DNA from: Tubiluchus corallicola
Lineage: Eukaryota > Animalia > Priapulida
Direction of reading: 5' to 3'
Assembly (NCBI GenBank): GCA_030141605.1
Contig: JAQGDQ010000247.1
Location: 186,001 to 250,000 of the forward strand
DNA: 64,000 nucleotides
Shown piece by piece: positions 9,786-20,267 of the stretch; positions within the stretch are counted from its first letter, which is position 1; each line of letters starts with the position of its first letter. The notes under the pieces are model-generated. The model saw only the letters and a program-made list of their open reading frames with translations, was not told where the DNA came from and did not search any database. A program made the position numbers and the translations under genes.

Positions 9786-12346
9786 TGAGGCAGTCCAAGC
9801 TTTAACTCTTATAGCTGGACAATCAAATTCAGCCTTTTCAAGGTTAGATTGCTCACACTATAGTGTGAAGTTGTGAACTTACGATTAAACTTAATTATGC
9901 CAGTACTGTATGACAAAGTAAATAAGAAAAACTTACGAAAGAATAATTACAGCTACGGCCATGCATGTTGGATTACACAGCTACAAGAATTTTATTTTCA
10001 ACACTTAAAATTGATTAAGTAAAAGTGATATGTACCAACAGTACTTCAAATAATTAATAAGCAATTGACGAAATAATCCCAATCAAAAACAATAAGCATT
10101 AACAAATTATAAATAACATCGCAATGACTCCTAAAAACACCCACATGTTTGCATGTTATACTTGCGAACTGGGACGCAAAATAATCGCTTATCGCAACAA
10201 CCACAATAAATCCCTGATAACGACTTGTATAAAAGGAAAGCAGTACCAACAGAAAAACAGAGAGTTGTCCCAAACAGCAAGCTATGCTGACTTGCAGTCA
10301 CACAGGTGTATTGGGCAGGAAAAACACTCAAACTCTGTAAGTATAAATTAGGAAAATTTTAAAACAGTGTGATTACTAATTCTTTCCTAAACCTTATACT
10401 TAACTAGAGAAAATAGAGAAATAATGTTCTCCTCTCCTGTTTTAGGGTTTTCCTGGTGATTTGTCTAAACTCTCTTAACTCTAGCTCCAGTTTCAAGCTA
10501 CTGACTAGTTAACTGATGCAATCCACTGGTGAGCCTATAGTTAAACCACCTATTATAACTGCCTAAGTTACAGAAGCTGGATGGAACCCCATCTGTACAA
10601 AGAAGAGAGGCAGATTTAACTGTACACTTGTTTGGTCTCAGATAAAAAGCTGCCATTCCTACGGCAAGGCACCTACAGATATTTTATGAATACTACTGAT
10701 CCTAGTCTAGCGAGATTCTAGGCTTTCTCAACGACCAATTCTTCCAGTTTCCTGAAATTACTTACAATTATTGTTTAAACAGTTCACGTTAGTTCAATGA
10801 TTATTATTATTGATTTAACTTGTACTTGCTATCATTGTTATTGATTGCGATAAACTACATTAGTATTGCTGCAGAACAGAAGAAGTCCTGAGTTGTATTT
10901 GCCTTATTCTCGCAATTTCTTTCTTTTACAAGTATAGCCCATTGGCCAAATAAAAAAATGATCCCAAGCCATTTTTTCGTGCAATGCCATCGCGCTTCTG
11001 TCGTGTGAACCCTTAGCTTTACACCAAAATAGTATGCCATCTGGTGTTGATGTTATAATGTTACAAAACAATTTAGACCAATTATCCAGGTAGAATATAC
11101 AATGGCAGATGGTTTTCAGCACTGACAAAATTGAATGCAAAATAATGCAAGCTGAAAACAAATAGTTTACATTGCATTGCATTGCAAAATTTTAAATACT
11201 TCTGTGTTTAGTGCAAATATCGTCAGTAAGGGTGAACATCGAACATTAAAGTTTGAATAAGTTTTTTTTATTCAAATACGATTTGAACCTCAAATTATGA
11301 ATTCAAATAATTAAACGCCGAAATTACTTTTGTTTCTTTGTCATTAAAACATTGGATTGCACGATCTTTGTAAACTGTTGTGAAATGGAAATAAGAAGTG
11401 AGAGTGGTAATTTAGTTATTGGGCAATCGTCTGTTCTCTACAGTCTGCATTGCAGGTCATATTATAATAATTTGGAAAATGTTTGCCTTATTGGCATGTC
11501 CTGAAGAAGGAAGTACAGTACATGCACCTACTTGGTATCCAACTAATCTCAAACATATCACTTAAAAACAGTAAATAATTAGATCGGCAAGTGTGCCTAA
11601 CTATTCTTACTCTGATTTTTAATTTTAGCTACACAAATCAGTTATTATAGTCTTAGTGATAAATTGGTGGTTCCATGTTACATATATACTATTCTTCATC
11701 TCAGAACTAAATTGAGTTTTTTGTGAACATATTATTTTTATTACTGATTCAAAATTTATTTGAATATCTTTAATAATGAATTTGAATATTAAATTTTAAA
11801 ATCATATATGATACAAATTCAAAAGCCAAAAATTCAATTCAATTACGATTTCTAATAATATTTGCTTGGCCCTATTATTAGTCAAAGAATCGGCAAAAAA
11901 AGTTAAACATACACAAAATGCAACGATACCAATTTTGTACACAAAATGTAACACTAGTTTAGCCGATTCCTGAAACAATAAAAGATGCACATTTTTTGGT
12001 GAAGCCATCAGCCATAATGAAGTTGAATTTTTTGTCATCTGGGAGTAAATAATAACAGCACACTTACTAATAACATGTTACAGCAGATGACAGTAAAATA
12101 TTTAATGTTTTAAGAAACATTAATCGTATAACTATGTAAACTTTAACTTTAGTTGCATTGCAAGAAACAAAAGTTACTGCAGCTTATCATAGCAATTCTG
12201 CATAACACAGGCTGGTTAAAAAGAACAACTTGTCTCCATTCTTACAAATTCAGTATTTATGGATTATCCAAAAATGGTGCGTGAAATGTATATTACAGCT
12301 GCAAACTATACCAGTCCAACATTTTTTATTTTTAACCATTCTATTT

Positions 12347-15300
12347 TTACCTAAAGCCTTTTTTATAAAGCATTTTTTTGTTTGGTGGACAATTTTTACT
12401 TTTTGGTCTAGTTTTTGCTTTTTTGTTGATATGTATTGGTTTTTGAACACTTTTCCCTTTTCTTCGTCTCTTGGATTTCCAATCACGCCCTTCCAGCCAC
12501 TGATGACGTTGATCCTCCCATCTAATTTGCTTGACACTTGCTTTATCATTGTTGGCTACTGCTTCTGAAGTTTCCAAATCAAATTTTGAAGAAGCACTGT
12601 CATCTAACATTTGCGTAAACATTTGGGCGGCTTCATCAAGACCTTTGTTACAAGATTTTACATGTTTTGCACTCTCATACTTGTTTTTCTTTCCTTGGTA
12701 AGTAACACCACCGTCTAAGAAATTTCTTCCATCTTCAGTATATTGATCAAGCTCTTTTTTCTCTTCTAAATCAGAGTCATCGAACTCTTTCATAAAATCC
12801 TCACCAAAAGAAACTTCATCGTCCTGATCATTATCGTGTACACTTTCGTCATCATCATCTTCCTCTGCAGTTTTTTTCCTTTTGCCATGCCCAAAATCAC
12901 CAGCAAAATCCATTAAGTCCTCATCTTTTTTGTCTTGTTCATATTTTTCAAGCAATGCATCAAACTCAGAATCAGATATGCTCTCAGTGTCATCATCATT
13001 AACAACTGAAAACTTCCGCTTCAACTCTGCTTGTCTTTGAAAATATTTGAACAAGTATGCCTCATCTACTGGTATTTGGGATGCCCCACGGGCTATGTAT
13101 TCAGGTGCATTTGCAGCAACTTTTTTCATACCTTTAGGGGTATATCTTTCCTTTTTATATCGAATCTTCTCACTCATGTCTGTTTTATCTATTTTGAATT
13201 GTTTTTTTGGATTGCGAAACACAAATCTGTCCAAAAATCGAACCACGGTAAAGTCAATAAGAGGGTCCCCAGAATAAGCAAGTTGCTCACCACTAAGTAA
13301 CTTTTCTGCAAACATTCTCACAGAAGGATGAAAATGATGCGCAAGATTTTGCAACTCCCATAAACATGCATACTCACCACCGGCATATAATGGATTTCGC
13401 TGACAATGGTTATAATCATTTAAATCAACTACAGCACCAGAAATGTTTCTTTTGTGAACCCAAGAAGGTTTAGTTGTTTTGGTAAAGTTTGTTTCACTTA
13501 CTGTCACGTTAGACAGTAACAAATCCTTGTCAGATTCATCAGATTTTGAAATGAGATCTTTATTCTGGTGTAAATGTGTCTCAGAACCATTTTTGTTGCT
13601 GTCACTCTCAGCAGCATCATCTTCAACATCCTCAAACTTTTCCTCATCCATTTGATCATATTCGTTAAATTCCTGCTGCAAACACAGAAGCCCTGGACGT
13701 TCTTTCATAAGTTCTCCAATAAGCATGAGAACTCCACAAATAAAATTGGGAGGCTGTAAAGCACAAATTTGCAGCAGTTTTTTGAGAAATGCTTTAACCC
13801 TCTGATCTGCCACATCTTTCTGCAAGCTCTTAAATACCAAACTGAGAAAAAGCGAATATTTGGACGACAGTTTCAATTCTGGATCTTCAAGTTTTTTGTA
13901 AAGAGCTATGTAAAACCTATCAGAAATGCTTTGCTTGGCATCCAAAACCTGGAATAACAGCATTAATGCCTGAACAGAAACATTGAAGTTAGTGGTATGA
14001 ACTATCTTATACAAAGTGTCCATTTTTTCAGAAATCAGTGCACCATCCTTTTTAGCAAATGGAAATGCTCTGTTCACACCCGTAAGCAAAGCACTTAACA
14101 TTTTGCTATGCAGTTCTCCTTTTTTCACTATGGCTTTAAAAAACGATAAATATATGGTGATGAGTTTTGATGCTAGATGATCTTCATCATGACAGAGAAC
14201 AAGTTGATTCATGAAGCATATGCCATAGTACTGAGCTTTGTCTGCAATGTTCGGTCTAAATATCATGCGCTCTACATCCTCTATGACAACACCTTTCATG
14301 TTTGGATGGTTACCAACAAGTTGTGTTAAAAGGTTAGCTGCTCGTGCTGCTACCTTGTGGTCTGGATCACCAAGTTTATTTGTAATCAAGCTAAGCAGAA
14401 CTTTCTCCTGCTCTGGTTTATTAGTTAAGAGTTCGAACACTATCTTCAATGTCTTCAGTTTAACAACTCTTAAATTATCAAATAGCAATGTCTGCAAATT
14501 GGAAACAAACTCTGAGTACTTTTTCTTCAATTTGGATTCGTAAATCCAGAGCAGTAGTGTTCTGTCTCTGGTCAGCGTGTTATTGCCAAACTTGTTGTGC
14601 AACAATGAGAATGGCTGTTTATCAAAAGTTTTCAACATTTTGGCATCAGGTAATAACTCCGAAATAAATAAATCCTTAAGTGTGGTAATGGCGGTTAGTG
14701 ATTCTCTTTTCTCTTTTTTCTTGCTCATGTTAAGTAGAACATCTAGATACGACAAGCTCTGAACAGGCGAGTCCTGTATAAGCAATGTTAATGCAGCCAT
14801 TTTATCTGTCAATGTGCCCTTGGAGACAACAGTCTTCATCCACTGCGCCTGGTTGGATTTATTTTTCTCATTCTTTTCATAGAAAGAAACTTCTTCTTTA
14901 AGTAACTGCTCTGCAAACGACTCACAGTGTTTTAAAAGTACTGTGGAAACCGTGTCACTTATTTTGCTGTTTGATGCTGTTATCGTGTCTATTTCATGCC
15001 ACTTCATACCCGGCTTTACAAGTAAGTATTTACGTAATTTGTGACCAAATTTCAGATTCAAATGATCTTGTCCATTCTTGGTCTGTTGCTGTTCTTTATT
15101 GCTAGATGATGCTGATTCCCATGCAGATGTTCTGTGCACTTTCTTTTTAATCTCTGTTGACTTTGTGTCATGCCAACTTACAGGAATGTCAGCAGTGTCT
15201 TTATTATTTGGCTTGTCAATCATTTCACTACTAAGGAGCCGTTGAAAATTGAGTTTGGTTACAAATTTTTTAATCTCTTCAAGTTCGATGTCTTCAGAAC

Positions 15301-15376
15301 CATTCTCAGATCCAAATTCCAAGTCACTAGCTTCATCGCTGTCTTCAATCAGCTCTTCTACTTGTTTGTCAGCCAT
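12347..15376 (-). CDS. CEBPZ: CCAAT/enhancer-binding protein zeta (Mak21/Noc1 ribosome-biogenesis factor); single coding exon, 1009 aa
   Basis: Motifs GTLTDKMAALTLLIQDSPV, KPEQEKVLLSLITNKLGDP, LSALLTGVNRAFPF, RNPLYAG..LWEL..HFHPSV..Y.GDPL.DFT..RFLDRFVFRNPK, plus an acidic then basic C-terminus. ATG at 15376 (MADKQVEE) follows an acceptor TTTTCAG at 15432-15433. Confidence 0.96.
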   Translation of the reverse strand: MADKQVEELIEDSDEASDLEFGSENGSEDIELEEIKKFVTKLNFQRLLSSEMIDKPNNKDTADIPVSWHDTKSTEIKKKVHRTSAWESASSSNKEQQQTKNGQDHLNLKFGHKLRKYLLVKPGMKWHEIDTITASNSKISDTVSTVLLKHCESFAEQLLKEEVSFYEKNEKNKSNQAQWMKTVVSKGTLTDKMAALTLLIQDSPVQSLSYLDVLLNMSKKKEKRESLTAITTLKDLFISELLPDAKMLKTFDKQPFSLLHNKFGNNTLTRDRTLLLWIYESKLKKKYSEFVSNLQTLLFDNLRVVKLKTLKIVFELLTNKPEQEKVLLSLITNKLGDPDHKVAARAANLLTQLVGNHPNMKGVVIEDVERMIFRPNIADKAQYYGICFMNQLVLCHDEDHLASKLITIYLSFFKAIVKKGELHSKMLSALLTGVNRAFPFAKKDGALISEKMDTLYKIVHTTNFNVSVQALMLLFQVLDAKQSISDRFYIALYKKLEDPELKLSSKYSLFLSLVFKSLQKDVADQRVKAFLKKLLQICALQPPNFICGVLMLIGELMKERPGLLCLQQEFNEYDQMDEEKFEDVEDDAAESDSNKNGSETHLHQNKDLISKSDESDKDLLLSNVTVSETNFTKTTKPSWVHKRNISGAVVDLNDYNHCQRNPLYAGGEYACLWELQNLAHHFHPSVRMFAEKLLSGEQLAYSGDPLIDFTVVRFLDRFVFRNPKKQFKIDKTDMSEKIRYKKERYTPKGMKKVAANAPEYIARGASQIPVDEAYLFKYFQRQAELKRKFSVVNDDDTESISDSEFDALLEKYEQDKKDEDLMDFAGDFGHGKRKKTAEEDDDDESVHDNDQDDEVSFGEDFMKEFDDSDLEEKKELDQYTEDGRNFLDGGVTYQGKKNKYESAKHVKSCNKGLDEAAQMFTQMLDDSASSKFDLETSEAVANNDKASVKQIRWEDQRHQWLEGRDWKSKRRRKGKSVQKPIHINKKAKTRPKSKNCPPNKKMLYKKGFR

Positions 15377-16939
15377 TTTCACAATATGATTTCTCGAAAA
15401 GTTATGCAAGTTGCAGGCCTATATCTGTAATCTGAAAATAATAAATGGTACTTCAAAGTTATTTTGAACGATTCAATTCAAATTTTTATTTCGGTAACTA
15501 TAACCATATAAAAAACAAATCTAGTACTAAAATGAAATAAAATACAATGAAATAAAAATTACAAGAGTAAATGTATATACAGAATTAGTAAATTAAGAGC
15601 TAATAAATTATCTTAAGCATCTTAGATATCTTAATCACAGTTAAGAACAGAAGCATCTTAACTATGTTTGGATGTGTGCACACTATACAGTCCTCCATTC
15701 AACGAGATAAATTAATGGGGGCTGGCGGGAGTTTGGCAGATTAAAGCAGTTTTCCATATTGTTAGCTATATAAGGTGCTAGTTAACTTCACAGCCTAGCA
15801 CGCACAATGACAACTTAATTTTTGTTTATGCCAATGCCAATTGTTAATTTACTGGGCAATTCAATTTGAAAGCATTAGCTTAATTAACACAACATACATG
15901 TACAAGCCTCGATTAACGACACAAAATGCAGTATTAAACGAAGTCATGCTTTCCATAAGATATAATGTAAAATGGTGGATTTAGTTATGTTCCACGAGTA
16001 ATGCTTCTAGCTGTATATATAAACGTGAAAATCTGTCTAGCATTAGGCTTCCAATTTAGTCACCACCTATGAATGTACTTTTCAGAACATTCTACTGTAT
16101 ATAGTCGTCCAATATGTCTTTTTAGAATTCTCATGCGGTACCAAAATTGAATTTCAAGGTTACGCTATCCAAAGAATGACATCTAATACATATATTATCC
16201 AAAATAACATCTGCAATGCATGTGGGCTCAGATTTAATAAATCTAATGTTATACAGGTTGTTTGATTAGAAGAATTATTCATTACTTGTACACTAAAAGA
16301 TAAAACGTATAAATTGAAGTATTTTGCAGCAGCTGCACAATTTCCACTCCAAGTCACCACTTACTGAGCCACAGAATGCTTTGATGGTAAAAGTGCAAAT
16401 ACAAACTAAAAAACCTTAAGTACAGCATGCTACACATGATTATAATATAAATTAGCTTAATCAATAACTTATTGTTCATGCATACTTTACCAATTACGCT
16501 AAGTTTTTAGTTCGCCTTAAAACCACCAATTGTCCCTGTTCTCTGCTGGGAACCTTACTCTTTAAAGCCTAAAACTCGTCAATGCGTAACCAGATGTTCT
16601 GCCCTAAAACTTTAGGCACAATAATTCAGTGGATACAGTAACTCAATACTAATACAATTGATCCCACTGGCCACTGGCACAATATCAATGTTACTTACAT
16701 CTAATTAGAGGCAACTGTCTGGGTGACCATATAGTCTTTCATCACCTATGCTCAATGCTCATATTTATATGTATAATATGCACTAACATCTTAATCTTTT
16801 TTTATTGTATTAAGTTTATGAAGCTAAATAAATTTACTATTACCATTACTGTTACTGCACATGGATTTGTTAAGTAATTTAACCTAATTTTCTGAGCGAT
16901 TGTGGTTCAGTGCAAGTACAGCGCCAAATACAAATAGAC

Positions 16940-17313
16940 CAGTGGTCCCCAACCTTTTTTGACCAGTTCCCCCATTTTGAAGGCTACTGATTCTTGTTCC
17001 CCCCCTAATTTTATCTGTAGTATGCTAGCCAAGAGCAAAAGATAGAGAGCGCACTTCACTCACTGCCGTGTGTGGTCAGGCCAGTGAGTGGGCTACTCAG
17101 CCTGTGCCGCTGTCTCAGGCAGCCACGTGGTCGGATCTAAACGTCTTGAGCGGGAGGGTGTGTTGCTTTGGCTATGAAGGCTTTCTGTACTTTTTTCTTT
17201 GCTTTTCTACATATTTTTTATTTTTATTTTTTCACCCATTCATTCCCCCCTGGAGGTGGCTCATTCTCCCCGAAGGGGGGGAGGGGGAGTTACCCCCCGG
17301 TTGAGAACCCCTG
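16940..17313. mobile_element. Non-autonomous hAT (Charlie-like) DNA transposon/MITE, 374 bp
   Basis: TIRs are CAGTGGTCCCCAACC and GGTTGAGAACCCCTG (12/15 match). A perfect 8-bp TSD AAATAGAC with central TA lies at 16932-16939 and 17314-17321. Confidence 0.9.
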
Positions 17314-17809
17314 AAATAGACTAATGATTGATATTCAAGAATTTCAGCCAGGCTTAAATTTGTAATGAAGTCAGTGAGGTATCAAATTTCATGGTAAGTT
17401 CTTTGCAAGATTTATCCAGGTATGGTATTTTGTGAAACATACCTAAATTAGGTTGTGCACTTGCTTCTGACTTGTTGATTTCTTTATATTTATTATATTC
17501 TTAGTTCTCATTTTCATTCTATTTGTTCGTTCTGAATAGGTATTTTTGTTCTCATTTTCACTCCCTTTTCCTTGTCATATTTCTTCTCCTACCATAAGCC
17601 ACCATTTATTCCAGCACCTGCACATTTCTTTCTGTGTGCCTTATTACAGTTACTGTTGAAGAACAAAGGTTAATCATAATTGCTTATGAACCTCTCCTCT
17701 CTTCCTTGTTGACTTTACTGAAATGTGTGGCCACACTACAATCATTAAGTGTGATACAAGGCTTCTTGTTGCCGTTGTAGCAACAAGGGTCCACATATTT
17801 TGCTGGATT

Positions 17810-18097
17810 ATGTTTCCAGTGTTTATTAAGACGAAGCTTGAACTGGGCAGGTTTAGGGGCCTGAACTACAGTGTTAGGAGGTTTATTCCACTCATCAATT
17901 ACTCACATTGCAAGTGTTTCCCTTCTTCTGTTCCAACTATTGAAAACTGTTCTCTTGTTAATTTTGTAGGAGGCACAATGATATGTCAGTCGTTGGAATT
18001 TTTTTGCTGTCGATGGTTTCTATGCCTTCATAGATACGAAATGTTTGAATTAAGTCTTATCATTTTCGTCTGTACTTCAGTATAGAAGGCCTAACTT
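17810..18097 (-). mobile_element. Decayed 3' end of a CR1/L2-type LINE ORF2
   Basis: Minus-strand translation with stops gives LKYRRK**DLIQTFRIYEGIETID and RRETLAM*VIDEWNKPPNTVVQAPKPAQFKLRLNKHWK, resembling the CR1-clade C-terminal pattern LxxRRxRGDLI...RVxxxWNxLPxxVVxAxxxxxFKxxLDxxW. Confidence 0.75.
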
Positions 18098-18319
18098 ATA
18101 CAAGTTTTCTTTTTGGACGGACCCGATAATTTACTAATCAACTTTAATATATGCTTGTTTTTCTTTTTAAATTTTATGGCAAAAAACTAAACTAAACTAA
18201 TTCAGCCAATAATTCAGTAAGCCTGTCTCATGTTGTACATGGCAACAATTTTCTACTGACAAATTAAAAAATATTTTACAGTCAGAAACATAAATAATAT
18301 AATTATATTTTTACGTAAT

Positions 18320-18560
18320 TCACGGACAGAAATTTCAGCAGCAAACACATGTTACCAAAACTGCCATATTTCTTTTCGCGCCCTCTAACGTGAATTTTTA
18401 ACCGACGCTATCGATTTGTTGAAGCATGGCCGTCTAGCGAAGCTGATGTTTTGTGCAATTTCTGACGATATTACAGTAACTATATTCTTATGATAATACG
18501 CTCTTTAAGTCATAAGAGGTTCGCAATTTCGCTTATTTCTAAAACAATATATGCCGTTGA
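18320..18560. promoter_or_regulatory. Candidate bidirectional promoter between CEBPZ and MORC2
   Basis: A CpG-enriched patch between the divergent genes. An E2F consensus TTTCGCGC (18374-18381) overlaps GCGCCCTCTA (CTCF-core-like), and a DRE-like TATCGAT lies at about 18409. Confidence 0.4.
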
Positions 18561-20267
18561 ACAGTATAACTGTTGATTTTTTTACTGTACGTTAACATTT
18601 CTTCTATTTTACATATTCAATTTCATGCATTATGATGCTGTATAGCATAATTTCATTCCGGTTTTCTGTTAGCTTAAATTAATAATTTTTTTGTTTGAAG
18701 TTGTCTCTTTATAAATCCCATTCTGCACTACAATATCTTGAATGAAATACTGCAGTAAGAAAATACAAACACATTGTCGAGCAGCTGCCTCCCCAACAGA
18801 ATTTCGGTTGGGGAATAAAATCCTGGATCAAAATCAATCAATTTTCAATTCAAGTTTATTTTGCACAAATGCATTCAAGTATCATTGCAAAAGTTATCAG
18901 TAGTCATGTAGTCACCCTGTGTCACAAATTCTCATAAGATGTAAACTGTCGTCTGACACCAAGCAGAGTAAATTGTAAACAAAAACATTGTTTTTTTTGT
19001 CATTCATTGATCAGTGATAAAAGGCATTATTCTGAAACCTTTCCCTGTGTGTGTTAGTTAAAGTCACTTTATTAATCTACAGAACAACAATAATATACCT
19101 GATAAAATTATGAACCTAAAAAGAAAAGTGATTTTCCAAATTTTGTTGCATGCACATACTGAAAATATATGCACTGCCTTCATTCTTATCACAATCTTTA
19201 TTTTCATTATTCTAGAGGTTACTCCGCCAGATCCTCAGCATCCTTTTCCCTACTACCAAAACTCGTACTTTTCCTTCTCAGATTCAAAAACTACAACCAG
19301 TTGCTTAATCTTGCGCTATTTCCTGCATACAACAAACGTCAACTTTAATCCTCGCTAACATTTTTATTACAATTAGATACTTTTTACAACTATCTTCTCA
19401 ACATTCACTATGCGTACCCTCAACCCACTCATCCGTATTATTCTTAGCCTCCTCTGTCCTTCATGGGCTGATGCAGTTAGAAGCCATTGATTTTATGGCT
19501 ATCACTTTTTGGATGTCAATGTTTCTTTAATTAGTGCATGTGTGTCTTTAAAGTAAAATGAAATGCTAGCCAGACAACAAAACCATCAAGCACAAGCATC
19601 GTGCAGAAATAGTGACTAGAGTTTTTTTATTGATCTATTTGCAAGTTAAAGTGAAGAAAATTTAGTAAATGGGTAATTTTGTATTGAATTGCTTTAAGGA
19701 TAGACATAGTCAGTGTACGTACAGTGTTGGGTCCATATGCTTGTTATATTGGTATCTTGGTAAGTTGGTATCTGGTATATTGACAGCTTCAACATCATGC
19801 TGTTCTATATAAGATGAACTATAGCATTTGCTGTCCAGAAACATTACAAAACAGTTCGATAATAACATGAACAAGAACAAATGTAATAGTAATATAGGAC
19901 AGATATCGGATGATAGCTGAGTTGGCTTTTTTTCAAGTGTTTTGGAAAGCGATTTTTTTCAAATGATGAAAATTAAGTAGTCTATTAGGCTTGCTGATAA
20001 CTATAACCGAACCAAAACCCGATTTCTGCTGTCATTTTCAACAATGTTTTATTTCTGCCGCAACTCTAGAATTGAACATGCGACCTATTGGGTATAGAAA
20101 ACCGACAAGTTACCCTAAGTAAATGAGGTATTGCATCAGGGATTATGAAAGCAACACAAATGTAGTAGAACGGGGAAACCTATTCATAAGTTTTTTAAGT
20201 GGTAAAACAATTAAACTTAATATTTAATACACAAATTAAAGCGTTATCAATGTTACAGACAACCAAG

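Noticed and set aside
15377-15409. ORF-track N-terminal extensions of CEBPZ (and 8277-8339 of CocE)
   Set aside because: They start at TTG codons; in this eukaryotic context the first ATG is preferred.
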